From: Acidobacteriota bacterium | GTDB lineage: Bacteria > Acidobacteriota > UBA890 > WLXD01 | Assembly: GCA_965248695.1 (NCBI GenBank) | Contig: CBDFKD010000002.1 | Location: forward strand, 2,005,201 to 2,069,200 | Reading direction: 5' to 3' | Length of the DNA: 64,000 nt | Shown: positions 46,338-55,874 of the stretch, in pieces | Position numbering within the stretch: position 1 is the first letter of the stretch | Layout of the letters: each line of letters begins with the position of its first letter | Made by a program: the position numbers and the translations under genes | The notes under the pieces: model-generated | Seen by the model: the letters and a program-made list of their open reading frames with translations, nothing else | Database searches by the model: none | Told to the model about the DNA's origin: nothing

Positions 46338-47815
46338 TTCAGCAGGCTCTCGAAGCACTTGTCTTTGGCGTTGCCCGACTGCTTCATGCCGCCGAAGGGC
46401 TGCGTCATGTCGCCCTCGTCGAAACAGTTGACCCAGATCACCCCGGCCTCAATGTCGCGGATGAGCCGATGTGCGGTGTTCAGATCGCGCGTCCAGACGC
46501 CGGCCGCGAGCCCATAGACGGTGTCGTTAGCCACTGCCACCGCCTCATCGACGCCGTCGACCGGGATCACCCCGGTCACCGGTCCGAAGATCTCCTCGCG
46601 AGCGATCTTCATGTTGTTGTCGACGCCGGTGAACAGCGTCGGGTTGACGAACGCGCCGGCGGCGAGATCGCCGTCCGGGGCGTCGCCACCGAACTCGACC
46701 TTGGCACCCTCGCTCTTGCCGGCCTCGATGTAGCTCAGCACACGCTCCTGAGCCTCCGCCGTAACAAGGGGGCCCATGTTGGTCTCGGGGTCGAGCGGAT
46801 CACCCGGCTTGTAGGCGTCGCGTCCGCTGGCGACGAACTGCTCGACGAACTCATCGTGGATCGATCGGTCGACGAGCAGGCGGGAGCCTGCGTTACATAC
46901 CTCGCCCATGTTCGCGAAAATGCCGTGGAACGCCGCCGACACGGCCTGTCCCATGTCGGGCAGATCGCCCATGAAGATCTGCGGCGTCTTGCCGCCACAC
47001 TCCAGGGAGACGCGCTTCATGTTGGACTGTCCAGCGTACGTGAGGATCAGCTTGCCGACCTCGGTCGACCCGGTGAAGGTGATTTTGGCGACGTCATCGT
47101 GCAAGGCCAGGGCCTTGCCGGCCACCTCACCCATGCCATTGACGACGTTGAACACCCCGGGTGGTCCGCCGGCTTCGAGGAACAGCTCGGCAAGTCGGAC
47201 GCAGCTGAGCGGTGACTGTTCGGCCGGCTTGAGCACCACCGAGTTGCCCGCCGCCAGCGCCGGCGCCACTTTCCAGGTGGCCATCAGCAGCGGGTAGTTC
47301 CACGGCGAGATGGCGCCCACGACTCCGAGCGGCTGTCGCAGCGTGTAGTGCAGGACGTCGAATTCGGTGGCCGTCACGGTGCTCTCGATCTTGTCGATGC
47401 ACTCGCCGAAGTACTGGAACGTCTCGACGCACGCCGGCAGGTCCACGCCAATCACGTCGGAGATCGGCTTGCCCATGTCAAGCGTTTCGAGCACCGCGAG
47501 CTCCTCGGCGTGCTGGTCGATCAGCGCTGCGAGGTTGTAGAGCACCTGCATGCGCTCACGCGGTGCCATCTGTGACCAAGAGCCCGCACGAAAGGCGCGC
47601 AACGCAGAACTCACGGCAGCATCGACGTCCGCTTCCGTCCCGGCGGCGACTTCGGCGAACACTTCTCCGGTGGTCGGGTTGACGTTCTCGAACCGACCGC
47701 CGCGGATGGCATCAACGTGCTCGCCGTCGATGAACAGGCGCACCTCGGGCTTGACCGCATCGGCCACGGCGCGCCACCGGGCGCTGTCGTAGGTTTCGAC
47801 TGTGCTGAGGGCCAT
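46298..47815 (-). CDS. Aldehyde dehydrogenase (NAD(P)+)
   Basis: Track ORF 46298..48052, with the start moved to M80 (MALSTVETYD). Motifs FTGSTEVG, LECGGKTP (catalytic Cys) and EEIFGPV are present. The last ~8 codons (…SAWIRHG*) and the stop lie inside the 34-bp repeat array. Confidence 0.85.
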   Translation of the reverse strand: MALSTVETYDSARWRAVADAVKPEVRLFIDGEHVDAIRGGRFENVNPTTGEVFAEVAAGTEADVDAAVSSALRAFRAGSWSQMAPRERMQVLYNLAALIDQHAEELAVLETLDMGKPISDVIGVDLPACVETFQYFGECIDKIESTVTATEFDVLHYTLRQPLGVVGAISPWNYPLLMATWKVAPALAAGNSVVLKPAEQSPLSCVRLAELFLEAGGPPGVFNVVNGMGEVAGKALALHDDVAKITFTGSTEVGKLILTYAGQSNMKRVSLECGGKTPQIFMGDLPDMGQAVSAAFHGIFANMGEVCNAGSRLLVDRSIHDEFVEQFVASGRDAYKPGDPLDPETNMGPLVTAEAQERVLSYIEAGKSEGAKVEFGGDAPDGDLAAGAFVNPTLFTGVDNNMKIAREEIFGPVTGVIPVDGVDEAVAVANDTVYGLAAGVWTRDLNTAHRLIRDIEAGVIWVNCFDEGDMTQPFGGMKQSGNAKDKCFESLLNYTDTKSAWIRHG

Positions 47816-47858
47816 GACGCTCTCCTTAGCTGGCGGCGGACGCCGACGCAGCTGGCAA

Positions 47859-49070
47859 CTAGAAACTGAGTATGGATGGGGGTGGGGTACGCGACTCGGG
47901 TAGGGCCAACTCCTCGGCCCAGCGCGGATCGAACGCGCCGCGATGGTAGGTATGGGCGACCATCGCCAGGTGATGATAAAGGGCCTCCTCGTCGTCTGAC
48001 AGCGGACCCGCTCGGTAGGCGCCCGTACGCATGCCGCGCTGCGCCCCCTCACAGACCGCCCAGTCTTGCTTGTTCGTGATGTCCCAGAAATCGCGCGCGT
48101 AGGATGGATCGAAGTCCTCCCGGGCGACGGCTGCGGGAGCGAACAGCCAGCGGCATTCGACCCGGGTGCGATCGGTGTCGAGCGGCTCGAGCGTATGCGT
48201 CAGGACGTAGTCGGGATGGGCGCTGATAAGCAGGTTCGGGAACAGCTCGAGATAGAGAATCTGCCGCAGCTGCGGCCCCACGAGACCCGGCAGCGGCTCG
48301 GCGCCGCTGGTGCCGGTAATCGACATCGTCTCGGCACCGGGCGCGATATCCATCGACCCGCCGACCCAGGCGCCATCGGGCTGCCACAGATAACCGCTGT
48401 CGGCGGGGCTGACCTGGCAAAGCTCGGGGTGAATCAGCGAGCAGTGATAGCACTCGTGGTAGTTCTCGATGATCAGCTTCCAGTTGGCGTTCACGACGTA
48501 GCTATCGCGCGCGCCCTCGACGAGCTCGTCGGCACCGTAGGCTGCCATCGCGGTATCGAGGCGGGCACCGGTGTAGGCAGCCAGATCGGCCGCTGATCCA
48601 GACGCGTTGACGAACAACCAGCCACCCCATTCCGCGACCGAAACGGGAACGAGACCGAAGTCGGCGGCTTCGAAGCTCGCCTCGTCGCAGTGCCGGGCGT
48701 TCAATAGCGTCCCGTCCAAAGCATAGGACCAGGCGTGATAGGGACACCGGATCGTGCCGGAGCTGCGTGACTCGCCGCAACCGATGAGCTCATGGCCGCG
48801 GTGGCTGCAGACGTTGAAGAATCCGCGCACGTCGCCGTCTTCAGCGCGGGTCAGCAGCACCTGCCTGCCACCGATCGAAACGCCGAGCTGCGCACCGGAC
48901 TCGCGCAGATCCAGAGCGCGGCCGACACACACCCACGCACCGCCGTACATGTGCTCCAGTTCCCACGCCAGGATCTCGGTCGAGGTGTAGGCCTCGCCGG
49001 GGAGCATGCGGCTGTCGCCGAACGGTGCAAGCACGGCCTGCAGCGCGAGTAACGGCAGTGGAGCGGACAT
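47859..49070 (-). CDS. Rieske [2Fe-2S] non-heme iron oxygenase alpha subunit (GbcA/CntA-like)
   Basis: Track ORF 47859..49115, with the start moved to M16. It has the Rieske motif CSHRGHEL...CPYHAWSY and the mononuclear-iron motif ENYHECYHC. No reductase or ferredoxin partner is adjacent. Confidence 0.8.
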   Translation of the reverse strand: MSAPLPLLALQAVLAPFGDSRMLPGEAYTSTEILAWELEHMYGGAWVCVGRALDLRESGAQLGVSIGGRQVLLTRAEDGDVRGFFNVCSHRGHELIGCGESRSSGTIRCPYHAWSYALDGTLLNARHCDEASFEAADFGLVPVSVAEWGGWLFVNASGSAADLAAYTGARLDTAMAAYGADELVEGARDSYVVNANWKLIIENYHECYHCSLIHPELCQVSPADSGYLWQPDGAWVGGSMDIAPGAETMSITGTSGAEPLPGLVGPQLRQILYLELFPNLLISAHPDYVLTHTLEPLDTDRTRVECRWLFAPAAVAREDFDPSYARDFWDITNKQDWAVCEGAQRGMRTGAYRAGPLSDDEEALYHHLAMVAHTYHRGAFDPRWAEELALPESRTPPPSILSF

Positions 49071-49220
49071 TGATTCCAAACCCTCTTGGCCGGCGTTTCC
49101 TGAACGGCGGTTCAAACTCTAGCGGCGAGGCGCCGGAGCGGTGAACCTCATGCTGACTGTACGCTGCGCCGTCTACGAGCTGTCACGGCGTCGCGTCGGT
49201 GGACCAGGTCGCGACGCTAC

Positions 49221-49245
49221 TATTATGATGGTGAATCGTCATTCA
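49221..49245 (+). promoter_or_regulatory. AT-rich patch with a TATTAT -10-like hexamer and a 5-4-5 inverted repeat tgaat-cgtc-attca upstream of the aminotransferase gene
   Basis: This is a local drop in GC, about 25-50 nt upstream of the ATG at 49270, in the divergent region shared with the Rieske gene. Confidence 0.25.
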
Positions 49246-49269
49246 ATGTGTATTTGGGAGTAGTTTGCC

Positions 49270-50649
49270 ATGGCCGAGACCACCGAGGCGACCGTCGACA
49301 CCCGAGGACGGCTCGCCGAGCTCGTCGAAGAGCAGGAGCGTATCTTTGTCGAGCGCCAGCCGAGATCGGGGGAGCTGTCGGCGCGGGCGCTTCGATCGCT
49401 GGCCGGAGGAACCACGTCGAGTTGGCAAATGTCTCGACCGCAGACCGTGTGGATCAGCCACGGCAAAGGGTCGAAGATCTACGACGTCGACGGCAACGAG
49501 TATGTCGACCTCCATGGCGGCTACGGAGTCGGCCTCGCCGGTCACGCACACCCGGCGCTGGTGCGCGCTGTGAGCGAGCGCGTCGCTCTCGGGACCCATT
49601 TCGCCCAACCGAACGACGACGCGATCATCGTCGCCGAGGAGCTGGCGCGACGATTCGACCAACCGCTCTGGCGTTTCACGAACTCCGGCACCGAATCGAC
49701 GCTCGATGCGTTCCACCTGATGCGCTGCGCCACCGGTCGGGACATCGTTCTCAAGGTCGAGGGCTGCTACCACGGTCACCACGACTCGGCGATGGTCTCG
49801 GTGGCCAACGAAGCGGACGAGATCGGGCCGATCGAACGACCACATAGTCCACAGGCCGGCAGCGGCTTGCCCACCGCGATTACCGATCTGACCTGGATCG
49901 TGCACTACAACGATCTGGAGATCGTTGAGCGCCTGCTGGTAGAGAACCCCGATCGAATCGCGGGGATGATCGTCGAGCCGATCATGCTGAATTCCGGCGT
50001 CATCGGTCCACACGACGGCTACTTGGCAGGCTTGAAGGAGCTGTTGCATCGTCACGGCGCGTTGTTGACGTTCGACGAGGTCAAGACGGGGCTCACCGTA
50101 GGCCCGGGAGGCGCAACCCGACGACTTGGCGTAACGCCCGACCTGATCACCCTTGCCAAGGCGATCGGTGGTGGCGTGCCGTGTGGCGCGGTTGGCGGCA
50201 GCGAAGCGGTGATGCGACTCATTGTCGATCAGGAGTATGAGCAGGTCGGCACGTTCAACGGCAATCCCCTGACCATGGCGGCGTGCCGGGCGATGCTCAC
50301 AGAGGTCCTCGACGACGATGGCCACGCGCATGTCGAATCGCTCCGAGAGCATATGCAGACCGGCATCGAGGCAATCATCGAGGAGTATGGGCTCGACGCC
50401 CACGTGATGGCTTTCGGGGCCAAGGGCTGTGTGACCTTCTGTGCCGAGCGCATCAGCAACTACCGAGAGTTCCTGGAAATCGACGGCGAGCTCAGCCATC
50501 TCCATTGCCTGGTGCAGCACAACGGCGGCGTGTTCCTGCCTCCGTGGGGCAAGGCCGAACAGTGGACGCTGTCGATTCAGCACACATCGGAAGACGCGCA
50601 GCTGTTGGTCGACAACTTCAGGACCTTCGCCCGGGCCATGACGCAGTGA
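49270..50649 (+). CDS. Class-III (omega) aminotransferase, PLP-dependent
   Basis: A 459-aa ORF with a FDEVKTG PLP-lysine motif and overall GSA-aminomutase/omega-transaminase-like similarity. Confidence 0.85.
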   Translation: MAETTEATVDTRGRLAELVEEQERIFVERQPRSGELSARALRSLAGGTTSSWQMSRPQTVWISHGKGSKIYDVDGNEYVDLHGGYGVGLAGHAHPALVRAVSERVALGTHFAQPNDDAIIVAEELARRFDQPLWRFTNSGTESTLDAFHLMRCATGRDIVLKVEGCYHGHHDSAMVSVANEADEIGPIERPHSPQAGSGLPTAITDLTWIVHYNDLEIVERLLVENPDRIAGMIVEPIMLNSGVIGPHDGYLAGLKELLHRHGALLTFDEVKTGLTVGPGGATRRLGVTPDLITLAKAIGGGVPCGAVGGSEAVMRLIVDQEYEQVGTFNGNPLTMAACRAMLTEVLDDDGHAHVESLREHMQTGIEAIIEEYGLDAHVMAFGAKGCVTFCAERISNYREFLEIDGELSHLHCLVQHNGGVFLPPWGKAEQWTLSIQHTSEDAQLLVDNFRTFARAMTQ

Positions 50650-50713
50650 GCCCGACGGGCGACTGCCGGTCGCGACCGGCGGCCGCGCGGAGAGTCGGCA
50701 GGCAGGACCCGGT

Positions 50714-51814
50714 TTGAAGACAGGCCCGAAAGGCGAACATGGCGGCCATCTGCGCCTCAGTGGCCTGGTAAAGCGGTACGGCGACCTCACTGCCGTGCGT
50801 GACGTCGACCTCGAAGTAGCGCCCGGGGAGTTCTTTTCACTTCTCGGACCGTCGGGGTGCGGCAAGACCACCATGCTGCGCATGGTTGCCGGCTTCGAGC
50901 GACCGACCGCCGGCCGGATTTACCTCGATGGCGAGGATCTGTCGGAGACCCCGCCGCACAAGCGCAACGTCAACACGGTCTTTCAAAGCTACGCGCTGTT
51001 TCCACACCTCGACGTGGGCGAGAACGTCGGCTTCGGCCTGCGTTTTCGCGGCCTCCCGAAGACGGAGATCGGCGACCGCGTGAGGCAGGCGCTCGAGCTC
51101 GTGCAGATGGAGGCAATGATCGATAGGCGACCGACCAGGCTGTCCGGCGGACAACAGCAACGTGTCGCGCTAGCGCGCGCGTTGGTGCTCGATCCCGCCG
51201 TGCTGTTGCTCGACGAGCCGCTCGGCGCCCTCGACGCCCAGCTTAAGAAAACACTGCAAGTGGAGCTGAAGCGCATCCAGGAGCGCGTCGGGATTACCTT
51301 TGTGTACGTCACCCATGATCAGGAAGAAGCGCTGGCGCTGTCGGACCGCATGTGCGTCATGCACGAAGGCACGATTCGCCAGCTGGGTCCGCCGCGCGAG
51401 GTCTACGAGGAGCCGGCCAGCGCCTTCGTAGCAGACTTCCTGGGAGTCTCGAACGTAATCGACGCGGAGGCTGTCGGCCGCCACTCGGATGGCGGCTGTC
51501 GCGTGGCGATCGGGGGCAGCGAGCTGGTTGCCGGCAGCGGCGATGTCGACGCCAGCGGACCGGTGAAGATCATGCTTCGACCCGAGCGGCTGGAGATCGG
51601 GGCCGCCGACGCGTCGGGGCCTAACCAGCTGCTCGGCGAAGTAGAGCGGCTGGTGTACATGGGCTCGATCACGCAGATGTTCATCCAGCTCCACGGCGGC
51701 CAAACGGTGCAAGCCACGATCACCAATCGTGGCGACACACCGGCGCCTGCGAGGGGCAGCCGCGTGTCGGTGGGTCTGGCATCGTCCGCACTGCGCGTGC
51801 TCGCCAGCGACTGA
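50714..51814 (+). CDS. ABC transporter ATP-binding protein (spermidine/putrescine PotA-like)
   Basis: It has a TTG start, Walker A GPSGCGKTT, signature LSGGQQQRVALARA, Walker B LLLDEP and a C-terminal TOBE-like domain. Confidence 0.85.
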   Translation: MKTGPKGEHGGHLRLSGLVKRYGDLTAVRDVDLEVAPGEFFSLLGPSGCGKTTMLRMVAGFERPTAGRIYLDGEDLSETPPHKRNVNTVFQSYALFPHLDVGENVGFGLRFRGLPKTEIGDRVRQALELVQMEAMIDRRPTRLSGGQQQRVALARALVLDPAVLLLDEPLGALDAQLKKTLQVELKRIQERVGITFVYVTHDQEEALALSDRMCVMHEGTIRQLGPPREVYEEPASAFVADFLGVSNVIDAEAVGRHSDGGCRVAIGGSELVAGSGDVDASGPVKIMLRPERLEIGAADASGPNQLLGEVERLVYMGSITQMFIQLHGGQTVQATITNRGDTPAPARGSRVSVGLASSALRVLASD

Positions 51815-51885
51815 AACTCCGCGCCCGCCCGCGGCCCGGACCCACATCCGTAGGCGCTGGAGCCGCGCTGATGCCGCCGCCAGAA

Positions 51886-52767
51886 TCAGCTCAGCCGTGC
51901 AAACTCCTCGACGGCAGAGCCGGTGGCGCCCGACCGAGTACGCGACCGCCGCATGATGAGCGCCGCGACGACCACCGCGAACAGAGTCAGGAACAACAAA
52001 ACGCTGGCCAGCGCGTTGAGCGCCGGCGTAGGGGCCATCCGCGCCGCGCTGTACAACCGCACCGGGATGGTGGCGGATTCAGCTCCGCCGGACAGAAAGG
52101 CGCTGATGACAAAATCGTCGATCGACACCGCGAAGGCAATCATCAGGCTGGCAAAGATCGCCGGCGCCATGAGCGGCAGCAAGACCATGCGAGCCGCCTG
52201 CACCGGCGTCGCGCCCAGGTCCATCGCCGCTTCCTCGTAGTCGCGCCCGATCGCGAACAGCCGCCCGCGCACGACAATCACCACGTAGGAGATCGTAAAC
52301 GTGACGTGCCCGATGAGCTGCGCCCAAGTACCGAGTTGGATGAACGGGAACATATAGATGAAGACCATGAACAGGGACACGCCCATGACCAGCTCGGGGG
52401 TGGCCATCGGCAACAGCAGCAGGAAGTTGGCTGGCTTGGAGCCACGACCGCGCCAGCGAGCCAGCCCAAGTGCCAGGGCCACGCCCAGCGGTGTCGCCAC
52501 CAGCATTGTCAAACCCGCGAGCTTGAGGCTCTGCGTCAAGGCGGCCATCAGCGAGGCGTCGGTCCACACCGACAAGGTCGGATGAGTGAAGTACCACTGC
52601 AACGAGAAGCCCTGCCAGACACTCCTGGACCGTCCGTCATTGAAACCGAATTGAACCGCAATGATCACCGGTAACAGCGACCAGGCAATGTAGCTGCAAA
52701 CAAACAGTTGCAACAGTCGGGGTTGGCCCCAGGGATCACGCCACCATCGAATGATCCGCTCGATCAT
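51886..52767 (-). CDS. ABC transporter permease (PotC-like)
   Basis: A 293-aa ORF with 6 TM segments and an EAA-type loop (EEAAMDLGATPVQAARMVLLP). Its start overlaps the upstream permease stop (ATGA). Confidence 0.8.
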   Translation of the reverse strand: MIERIIRWWRDPWGQPRLLQLFVCSYIAWSLLPVIIAVQFGFNDGRSRSVWQGFSLQWYFTHPTLSVWTDASLMAALTQSLKLAGLTMLVATPLGVALALGLARWRGRGSKPANFLLLLPMATPELVMGVSLFMVFIYMFPFIQLGTWAQLIGHVTFTISYVVIVVRGRLFAIGRDYEEAAMDLGATPVQAARMVLLPLMAPAIFASLMIAFAVSIDDFVISAFLSGGAESATIPVRLYSAARMAPTPALNALASVLLFLTLFAVVVAALIMRRSRTRSGATGSAVEEFARLS

Positions 52768-53675
52768 CGTCGGTTTTCTCGAGCAGCGCCCATGACTGTC
52801 ATCATGTAGTAAGCCATGAGCAGCGCAATGAACGCCATCAGTACGACAGTCAGGGCTGCCCCCGTCGACCCACCGACGCCACTGTTGATGAACAAGTCGA
52901 TTTCATTGCCGATCATTCGGGTACGCGGTGAGCCCGACAGCAAGTTCGGCGTGTAGTAGTCACCGAACAACGGCAACATGATGATCACCACGCCGGCAAG
53001 CACGCCGTGCTTGGACAGCGGCAACGTCACTCGGAAGAACGTGCGCACCGGTCCGGCGCCGAGGTCTCGCGCCGCCTCGAGGACGCTGTCGTCAATCTGA
53101 TCGAGGGCCGCGAACAGCGGCAAGATCAGAAACGGTACGTAGCCGTAAACGAGGCCGAGAATCACCGTCTCGTGATGACCGATCAGCCAGGCACGGGGGA
53201 CATCCAGCACGTTGATGAACATCAGGAACCTGTTTACGTAGCCGTCGACCGCCAGCAGGTTCTGCCAGGCCATCATTCGCATCAGGTAGTTAATCCAGAA
53301 CGGGGCAACGATCAGACCAAGCAACAGGCCGCGCCAGCGGCCGGCGTGACGGGCAAGGTAGTAGGCAACCGGATAGCCGATGAGCAGACACAGCGTCGCC
53401 GCGGCGCCCACGTAGAACAGTGTGCGAGCGAAGATCGCGCCCAGACGGCCGCCGAACAGCTCCTTTAGAACCTCGGCAAAGATGGCGGGATTCCAGAGGA
53501 CCGGATTCCAGACCGGCTCGGCGGTGGTAAACACCGGGTGCAAGCGTCCCATCGCCACGGACAGCAGCGTGTAGAACGGCGCGACGTAAAAGACCACGAG
53601 CCAGACGATCCCGGGAGCGGCAAGCGCTCGCCACAACCAGGTTCGATTGCGCCGCGCCTCGCGGCTTCTAACCAC
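52764..53675 (-). CDS. ABC transporter permease (PotB-like)
   Basis: A 303-aa ORF with 6 TM segments and an EAA-type loop (LEAARDLGAGPVRTFFRVTLP). Confidence 0.8.
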   Translation of the reverse strand: MVRSREARRNRTWLWRALAAPGIVWLVVFYVAPFYTLLSVAMGRLHPVFTTAEPVWNPVLWNPAIFAEVLKELFGGRLGAIFARTLFYVGAAATLCLLIGYPVAYYLARHAGRWRGLLLGLIVAPFWINYLMRMMAWQNLLAVDGYVNRFLMFINVLDVPRAWLIGHHETVILGLVYGYVPFLILPLFAALDQIDDSVLEAARDLGAGPVRTFFRVTLPLSKHGVLAGVVIIMLPLFGDYYTPNLLSGSPRTRMIGNEIDLFINSGVGGSTGAALTVVLMAFIALLMAYYMMTVMGAARENRR

Positions 53676-54933
53676 CCGACTGAACCGACGCCCAGACCCG
53701 CATCCACTCCATCTCTACTTCCGGCGGGAGCTGCACCGGCACTTGCCCAATGCTGAAGTCCGCTTCAGTCGTGATCGTAGAAGCGAGGTTCGGTGGAACA
53801 TGTCCCTCGGACACGAACGACTCTGGATTCAACGTCGTCAGTGGTGGCGGATTACCAATCCAAGCGAAATTGTTCAGCGCATTCTCGGCTTCCATCATGA
53901 AATTGATGAAATGATGCGCCAGCACCGGGTGCTCGGCGTTGCGCGGGATGGCGAACGCCTCAACTTGAACCATGCCGCCTGCCTCTGAGCGCTCGGAGCG
54001 TGGCGGCCAGAAATAGCGCATCACCGACGCGTCCTCGCCCTGGGGAAAGTAAGCCCGCGCCTGAACCACGTCGCCCGACCACGCATGGTGAATCGCAAAG
54101 CCGCGTTCCGCGATCTTCGCGTACGCGCCGTCGATCGTGAAGCGAACGTTGATCAAATCGATGAGCTCGAGCAACGCGCGGCGTGATCTGTCGAGCAGCA
54201 CTGGATCCGCCGTGTTGATCTCGTTGCTTCCGGTGGCGTAAAGCCCGAGAGCGATGGTCTCCTTGAAATCGTCGTACAGGCCGGCAACTCCGTAGTATTC
54301 GGGATCCCAGAACACGCGCCAGGGGTTGGTCATCGCCTCCAGATTCGGGGAGACCATGTCTTCCCGCCATGTGATACCCGTCTGGTAAACGCCGTAGGGA
54401 ACCGTGTAGCGAGACCCCTGATCGTAGAAGGGGTTGGCCAGGCTCGGCCACACATCGGCGAGATTGGGCAAGTAGTCGTGATTGAGCGGCTGCAACAGCC
54501 GGCCTGCGATGCATTTGGGTACCTGCTCGGCGGGCGGGAAGTACACGTCGAAACGACCCGCGTTGGTACGCAGCTTCCGGATCGCTTCCTCGTTGTTGTA
54601 GAAGCTCGTGTACTCCCAGTCGACACCGTAGCGCTCCGAGAAGGCGTTCAGGACCGGGATGTGGACGTAGTCGGCCCAGTTGAAAATCCGCAACGGGCCC
54701 GCTTCGATATCCAGGCGGCTGTCGATCGGCGGGTTGTCGTCGAACAGCGGATGCTGAACCGGGTTCTCCGGGGTGCCGATCAGGATGCGCCGCCGAGCAT
54801 CAGTGGGGAGGCCAGCGTTATCGCCGCAGCCGGCCAGACCGGCGCCGAGTCCGGCCGCACCGACCATCCGCAGCAACTCTCGACGGTTGAGAGCACCGCG
54901 GCGCCAAGCAGGATCGCGAGGGTGAAAGACCAT
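53668..54933 (-). CDS. Periplasmic polyamine-type substrate-binding protein (PotD/PotF family), Tat/lipoprotein signal
   Basis: Track ORF 53668..54969, with the start moved to M13. The signal region is NRRELLRMVGAAGLGAGLAGCGD. A PotD-like block RIFNWADYVHIPVLNAFSERYGVDWEYTSFYNNEEAIRKL is present. Confidence 0.8.
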   Translation of the reverse strand: MVFHPRDPAWRRGALNRRELLRMVGAAGLGAGLAGCGDNAGLPTDARRRILIGTPENPVQHPLFDDNPPIDSRLDIEAGPLRIFNWADYVHIPVLNAFSERYGVDWEYTSFYNNEEAIRKLRTNAGRFDVYFPPAEQVPKCIAGRLLQPLNHDYLPNLADVWPSLANPFYDQGSRYTVPYGVYQTGITWREDMVSPNLEAMTNPWRVFWDPEYYGVAGLYDDFKETIALGLYATGSNEINTADPVLLDRSRRALLELIDLINVRFTIDGAYAKIAERGFAIHHAWSGDVVQARAYFPQGEDASVMRYFWPPRSERSEAGGMVQVEAFAIPRNAEHPVLAHHFINFMMEAENALNNFAWIGNPPPLTTLNPESFVSEGHVPPNLASTITTEADFSIGQVPVQLPPEVEMEWMRVWASVQSGG

Positions 54934-55025
54934 CGAGGCAGACTCGCCGACACCGCCCATCGAATGCAAGTCAAGGCGGACTATCCTGCCCTCCTCGAAC
55001 GGTGGCGCCGCGGCGGGCGGGGGGT

Positions 55026-55661
55026 TCAGACCGGCACGGGCTCCAACACCGGCACCGCAAAACCAAGGGACTCCGACGCCATGCGCACACAGATCCGGCG
55101 GGCGCGCACGTAATCGGCCTCCGGATCCCCGAGGACCTGTTGCACCGCGATGCCATCCAGAAGCGAGGCGAGGTGCATGGCGAAGTCCTCGACATCGACC
55201 GCCACGAACTCCCCGGTCGACTGGCCCTCACGGACGATGTCAGCAATGGTGGCCCGCCAACGCCGGTCACCCGCGGTCCGCTTCTTTGCGGCAGCGTCGT
55301 CGCGCAGGGCGCGGGACCACAACTCGATCCAGAGCGCGGAATCGTCTCGCAGCACCGGCGCCATCTTCTCGTGACCGCAGCTGAGCTCGATGAGCCGTAC
55401 GAGCTTCTCGCTGGCGGTTTCCAGCGTGGTGAGCTCCGCAAAGATCGTCAGGTAAAAGCGATCCTCGGCGTGCGCCAGCGCTTCGGTCAGCAGTCGGTCT
55501 TTGGACTCGAAGTAGTAGAGCACCAGGGCGGCGCTTGTTCCGGTGCGCTCGGCAACGTCGGCAATTCGCGCTTTGCAGACGCCGCGCTCAACAATCGTCT
55601 CCACCGCGGCCTCGAGGATCTCCTGGCGCCGCTTGCGGCTGATCTTGGGTCGTGGAGCCAT
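55026..55661 (-). CDS. TetR-family transcriptional regulator
   Basis: A 211-aa ORF with an N-terminal HTH (KARIADVAERTGTSAALVLYYFESKDRLL). It is divergent from the operon that begins at 55875. Confidence 0.85.
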   Translation of the reverse strand: MAPRPKISRKRRQEILEAAVETIVERGVCKARIADVAERTGTSAALVLYYFESKDRLLTEALAHAEDRFYLTIFAELTTLETASEKLVRLIELSCGHEKMAPVLRDDSALWIELWSRALRDDAAAKKRTAGDRRWRATIADIVREGQSTGEFVAVDVEDFAMHLASLLDGIAVQQVLGDPEADYVRARRICVRMASESLGFAVPVLEPVPV

Positions 55662-55669
55662 ACCCTAAG

Positions 55670-55683
55670 CGAGCGTTACTGAA
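55670..55683. promoter_or_regulatory. Candidate TetR operator: 6-2-6 inverted repeat tgaaca-gt-tgttca
   Basis: A perfect 6-bp-arm inverted repeat about 9 nt upstream of the TetR start codon, in the 213-bp divergent region shared with the ADP-forming CoA ligase operon. Confidence 0.4.
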
Positions 55684-55874
55684 CAGTTGTTCAAGATGTG
55701 GATGTGCTGCCGATGCCGTGATTCTAGACCATGCCAGCCTTTCCTTCCGGAGTTGCGCGAGATATCGTCTGCGGCGGCTGAATGGCCGATCAGCTTTCGG
55801 AGATCCAGGACCCAGGAATCTGGGCAGGTCGCGTCGCATTCGATCGCGCGACGGCCCCACGGTGGTTTCGAGCA

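Noticed and set aside
10182-50883. Other long alternative-frame or antisense ORFs in the track, for example 10182..11633 (483 aa), 25851..27563 (570 aa), 39013..40335 (440 aa), 49243..50883 (546 aa), 3741..4799, 18394..19410 and 31741..32754.
   Set aside because: Each overlaps a CDS with clear family motifs on the other strand or frame. Their compositions are low-complexity (R/G/A/P-rich) and they contain no motifs. They are GC-driven spurious ORFs.
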